DNA of 64,000 nt, from the NCBI GenBank assembly GCA_047495785.1, contig JBLDXI010000016.1:1-64000 (forward strand), read 5' to 3'. Each line of letters begins with the position of its first letter. Positions within the stretch are counted from its first letter, which is position 1. Source of the stretch: Lepidodermella squamata (lineage: Eukaryota; Animalia; Gastrotricha). This document shows positions 60,494 to 64,000 of the stretch, one piece after another. A program made the translations under genes and the position numbers. The notes under the pieces are model-generated. The model saw only the letters and a program-made list of their open reading frames with translations. It did no database searches and was not told where the DNA came from.

Positions 60494-62560
60494 AATGGGT
60501 AAAGCCTAAACTACGTAGTGGACGATGAATGTTGTTATAATGATGCAAGTCGTTACAGTAACAACCATGTGATGAGTTGTTACAACCTGCGTCACATAGG
60601 AACGTAGTTTTAAATGTTCCATCTTTTTGGGCCCGAAAGCACCCCCAGTTCGAGGGACCTACTTTGCGCACTGTTGTGTAGTTATTAGCCATTTCCTTAA
60701 GCGTATGAGCCTTAATAAAATCGATAGTAGTAACTCTTGGACTTGTTACGTTTGCTATACCTTTTGTTGGCTCTTCATATATACCGTAAATTTTCAAATA
60801 CTAACCCATTCTAACCCGAGGCGGATGTTCGGTTTTAAAATGAACACACCCTGTACAAGCTTTCATGAAAAAGCGTGAATTCACGTCGCAAAAGTCCTTG
60901 TATTTCATGCCTACAAGTTAGGGCTCGATTTCCCCCCCCCCCAAATTTATGACTGACATTTTTCGCACGGGTAAAAATGTTCCAGAGGTCTCGATCCTTC
61001 TCTGAGTTCAACAAAATCAATTGCTTGGGTAGCGGCGCCTTTGCATCGGTTCGGCACTGCACAGCTGCCAAAGATGCTGCTGCCGACAATGCTGTAAAGG
61101 TCGTCAATCTAAGCGCGATTGAACCATGCTTACACACTTATCTTTCGTGCTTCTCCTGCTTGGGCGTTTTCAATTTCAACTGGGAGTGACTGCTGGTTTG
61201 TGCGACGCTTGATAAGTTATCAAAAGAGCTAGCTAGATAATGTCTCATAGTCTTATGTATTAGCATGACGAGAGACGAAACGAACAACTTTATTTGTTCT
61301 CAGTATTTTACTGCTATGCGGCGGGAGAGGATAACCGATTGTTCGCTGAGTATTCCTGTTGTTTAATAGTTTTTTTACATTAAACCTTGCATTACGAAAA
61401 ATGTTCCACGGTGATCGTATGGAATCACTGTTATCTATCGTCGCTCCGGCTGAACAGAGCGTTAGCCTTGCAGCATTAACCATTTCGAGTTGCGAAAGTG
61501 CACACATGGAAAAGAGCGAGCTACGTGTGCAAGCTGCAGGATTTCCGCCTCCGAAGTAAGATACTTATTCTGATAATTTTGGCGATTTGGTTCGAGACCA
61601 TTAGCGCGACTAATGAATATCATAATGTGGCGTTAGAGATGAGCCTGAGAGTGTCTACATAGCTTACTCCTTACTCAATTAACCAATCTGGTAATTCTAC
61701 CATACTGTCTTGTTATCAGTAATGATTTAACTGTTTTAACCCTTTCATGGCGGAAAAACCGACGGGTCCCGTGGCAGACCTCATAAAGATGGTAGTAATG
61801 TAACCGAAATTTCCGAAAAAACTGTTGACTGGACATTTACCGAAACAACGGCGTTAGATCGAGTTGAGTGGCGAAACATAGTTGAGTCTCTGGAAGATTT
61901 TGAATTTTATAACAAAAGTAAGAAGTAAGAAGTAAGCAAGTTTTCTCGGCTGTGGGAGAGGGTGACTAAAATCTTTCTTTTTGGTTTGCCTTGCCTTCGC
62001 CTTCCTCAAAACCCGAAAGGGTACAGACGTTTAGTCGCGGGGAAGAGAAACAAATAAATCATTTTCATTTTCATGGCGGAATTAGTTATCTGCGGTAGAA
62101 AAAATATTTGACGGCAGTTTTAGGAGTTTTCGAAGGCCCTGATCACGATTTTGAAATCCGTTTGTCTTTATCTATCACCGTTAAGGCTATAAAAAACTGG
62201 CCGAAATCGTCCTATCCGCCCAGCTGATTTCAGGCGATTTTTCGAGCACCCTAATTTCTGTTTTACGTTCAGGTGCCTTCAGTTTTTGAATTTTCGATTC
62301 TAAATTACTCCCATGAATGTCCCTAAGATTCTCCCTCACTTAAATCGCCGAAAAAATTCAGTTTGAAAGAGTTTCATGGGCTCAGCATTCAGATCTGAAT
62401 TCAGCTTTTCCAGTTTTTGCTCGCGAAAGTTTTTGCAGAACAAAAATCACGCACTCCGCCGGTATAAGTCCTGGCGGATAGGACGAATTCGGCCGGTTTG
62501 ATTGAAGTTCAAAAGCGTCGACAAATTTTACACAGAGGTAAATGAGACTATGGCGGACAC

Positions 62561-63984
62561 CAGGGCTGCAAAATCTGTTTTCCTGCCCACGAGCATGATT
62601 TTTAGCGGTCCACCTGCCCACACGACCCTACTTTTTTCACCATTCTGTTTTTCACTAGGAGCTGTCAGTTTGTGGACGAATAGGTCCTTCATCCGGCAAT
62701 TATTGATTTAGAGCCACAAAACTTAGTGACATGTTAAGGGGTCCAATTCGCGAGCGGGCAATACTGCCGCGCAGCGAAATTTTTGTGGGATATTTGGAAA
62801 ACATTTTGTGAAAATGAGAGTTATTCGGGTAGGGAAAATAAGCCTAAAACTGCTTTGAATGATACTAAATTTGTTAGAGAATGCGACATTTCTCTCATGA
62901 ATTTCCATCTATTGATGAGGGGGAATTTGAAATTTGTACAATTATTTTGTTTTTTTCGAAAAATCAAGTTTTCAACGGTGAGGAATTTCAAAAAAGAAAT
63001 TAGATTTTCGGATTCAGCGCAAAAAGTTGGGCTAGTGCGCAAATATGCGCGTGATTATCGTTAAAATTGGGAGAGAATGGAATAAACCGCGCTCACTAGC
63101 AAATGCGTGGACGTTTTGTTTCTGCCCGCAAAATGCGCGCAGCCGAGAGCGCGCTCGCGCACACTCACACGCACACACACGCGCGCTCCGATACGATTAA
63201 ACTTTTTCGAGTCAAATCTTCCTCAATTTTGACAACAGCCATGCGCAAACTTGCATCCTAGCCTAACTTTTTGCGCTGAATCCGAATATCTATTTTGTTT
63301 TTTGAAATTCATCACCGTTGAAAACTTGGGTGTTACGTGTTACTCATAATTACGCTGAATGAGAATTTTTAATTCAAATAATTGAATAACTAATGTTGAA
63401 TAAAACAATGTGAGCATCATCAGTTAGTGGGCAGCGCTGAAAATAGTTTGATGGTGCGCGGGAAGTTTCGCTTGTTACACAGTACTGCTTTGAAACGAGC
63501 AAAGTTTGTAGTTAATTGATTTATTAAAATTTTTATAGAAATTTGTTCGTATAGGCAATATAGAAATATCTTCCCACTCAATTCGCCTTTGACCAGGCGA
63601 TCTATAAATAAGTTTTCAAGCTGAGTACAGCTATCTGGTCGAAATTCGATGCGGGCAGGGCTGCCCACGATCTTATGCCCACGACTGCCACGAATTATGA
63701 AGATTTTCCCTTGGTTTGCCCACGAAGACCTATGGAATTCGCTCTAGGCAAAGCCGATGAATTACTCGGCGTAAACAAAGCTAACTGTAACAAGAAAGAC
63801 ACTAGTTGTATGTAAAATTTCCGAGCTTTTGAATCAGCGGAAGGTAAAAAGCGGAAACCTGCCAACATCGTGGTGAGGCACGAAAATGCATGCCTTTTCC
63901 GGACCTGCCCACGAAATCAGGGTTCAGCCCCCTCGACCTGCCCAGGAGCATTACTCGCTTGCTCGGACAGGTTTTGCAGCCCTG
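62561..63984. mobile_element. Non-autonomous hAT-type DNA transposon (1424 bp)
   Basis: TIRs CAGGGCTGCAAAATCTGT / ACAGGTTTTGCAGCCCTG; perfect 8-bp TSD GCGGACAC (62553-62560, 63985-63992); repeated subterminal TGCCCAC motifs. Confidence 0.88.
62965..63329. repeat. ~90 bp-arm inverted repeat (foldback/MITE-like) nested in the hAT element
   Basis: CAAGTTTTCAACGGTGA...CGGATTCAGCGCAAAAAGTT...GCGCGTG at 62965-63052 is inverted at ~63240-63329. Confidence 0.75.
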
Positions 63985-64000
63985 GCGGACACGTTGGTAT

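Noticed and set aside
60977-61189. Kinase-like LGSGAFASV...AVKVVN fragment
   Set aside because: It resembles subdomains I-II, but I could not find the remaining kinase motifs or a convincing exon chain; possibly a relic.
1-64000. Many short antisense or overlapping ORFs in the track, and assignment of host species
   Set aside because: The short ORFs are shadows of real genes or repeats. The sequence supports only an invertebrate-like animal, not a specific taxon.

Overview
Eukaryotic (invertebrate animal-like) genomic DNA with short GT-AG introns. Positions 1-14234 are the right-hand ~14 kb of an apparently intact Polinton/Maverick (adintovirus-like) endogenous DNA virus. Its + strand carries a structural block: minor capsid, basic core protein, major capsid, adenain protease, packaging ATPase and two further ORFs. 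Its - strand carries a replication block: protein-primed PolB, PC4-like protein, RING protein and deoxynucleoside kinase. A dUTPase, subterminal tandem repeats and a ...TACTACT terminus follow. By manual splicing the viral genes carry 17 host-sized (52-62 nt) spliceosomal introns, 10 of them in PolB and several inside catalytic motifs. The element is inserted in a coding exon of a host PP1 phosphatase gene. The remaining ~50 kb is host DNA: serine proteases, two GABA-B-like class C GPCRs, a triplicated small orphan gene, ankyrin proteins, an SDR with a large insertion, an mGluR-type Venus-flytrap/tyrosine-kinase receptor, two VMO1 + aerolysin-like genes (one broken by a solo LTR) and several small transposons. 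All calls come from motif recognition and hand translation; no searches were run.
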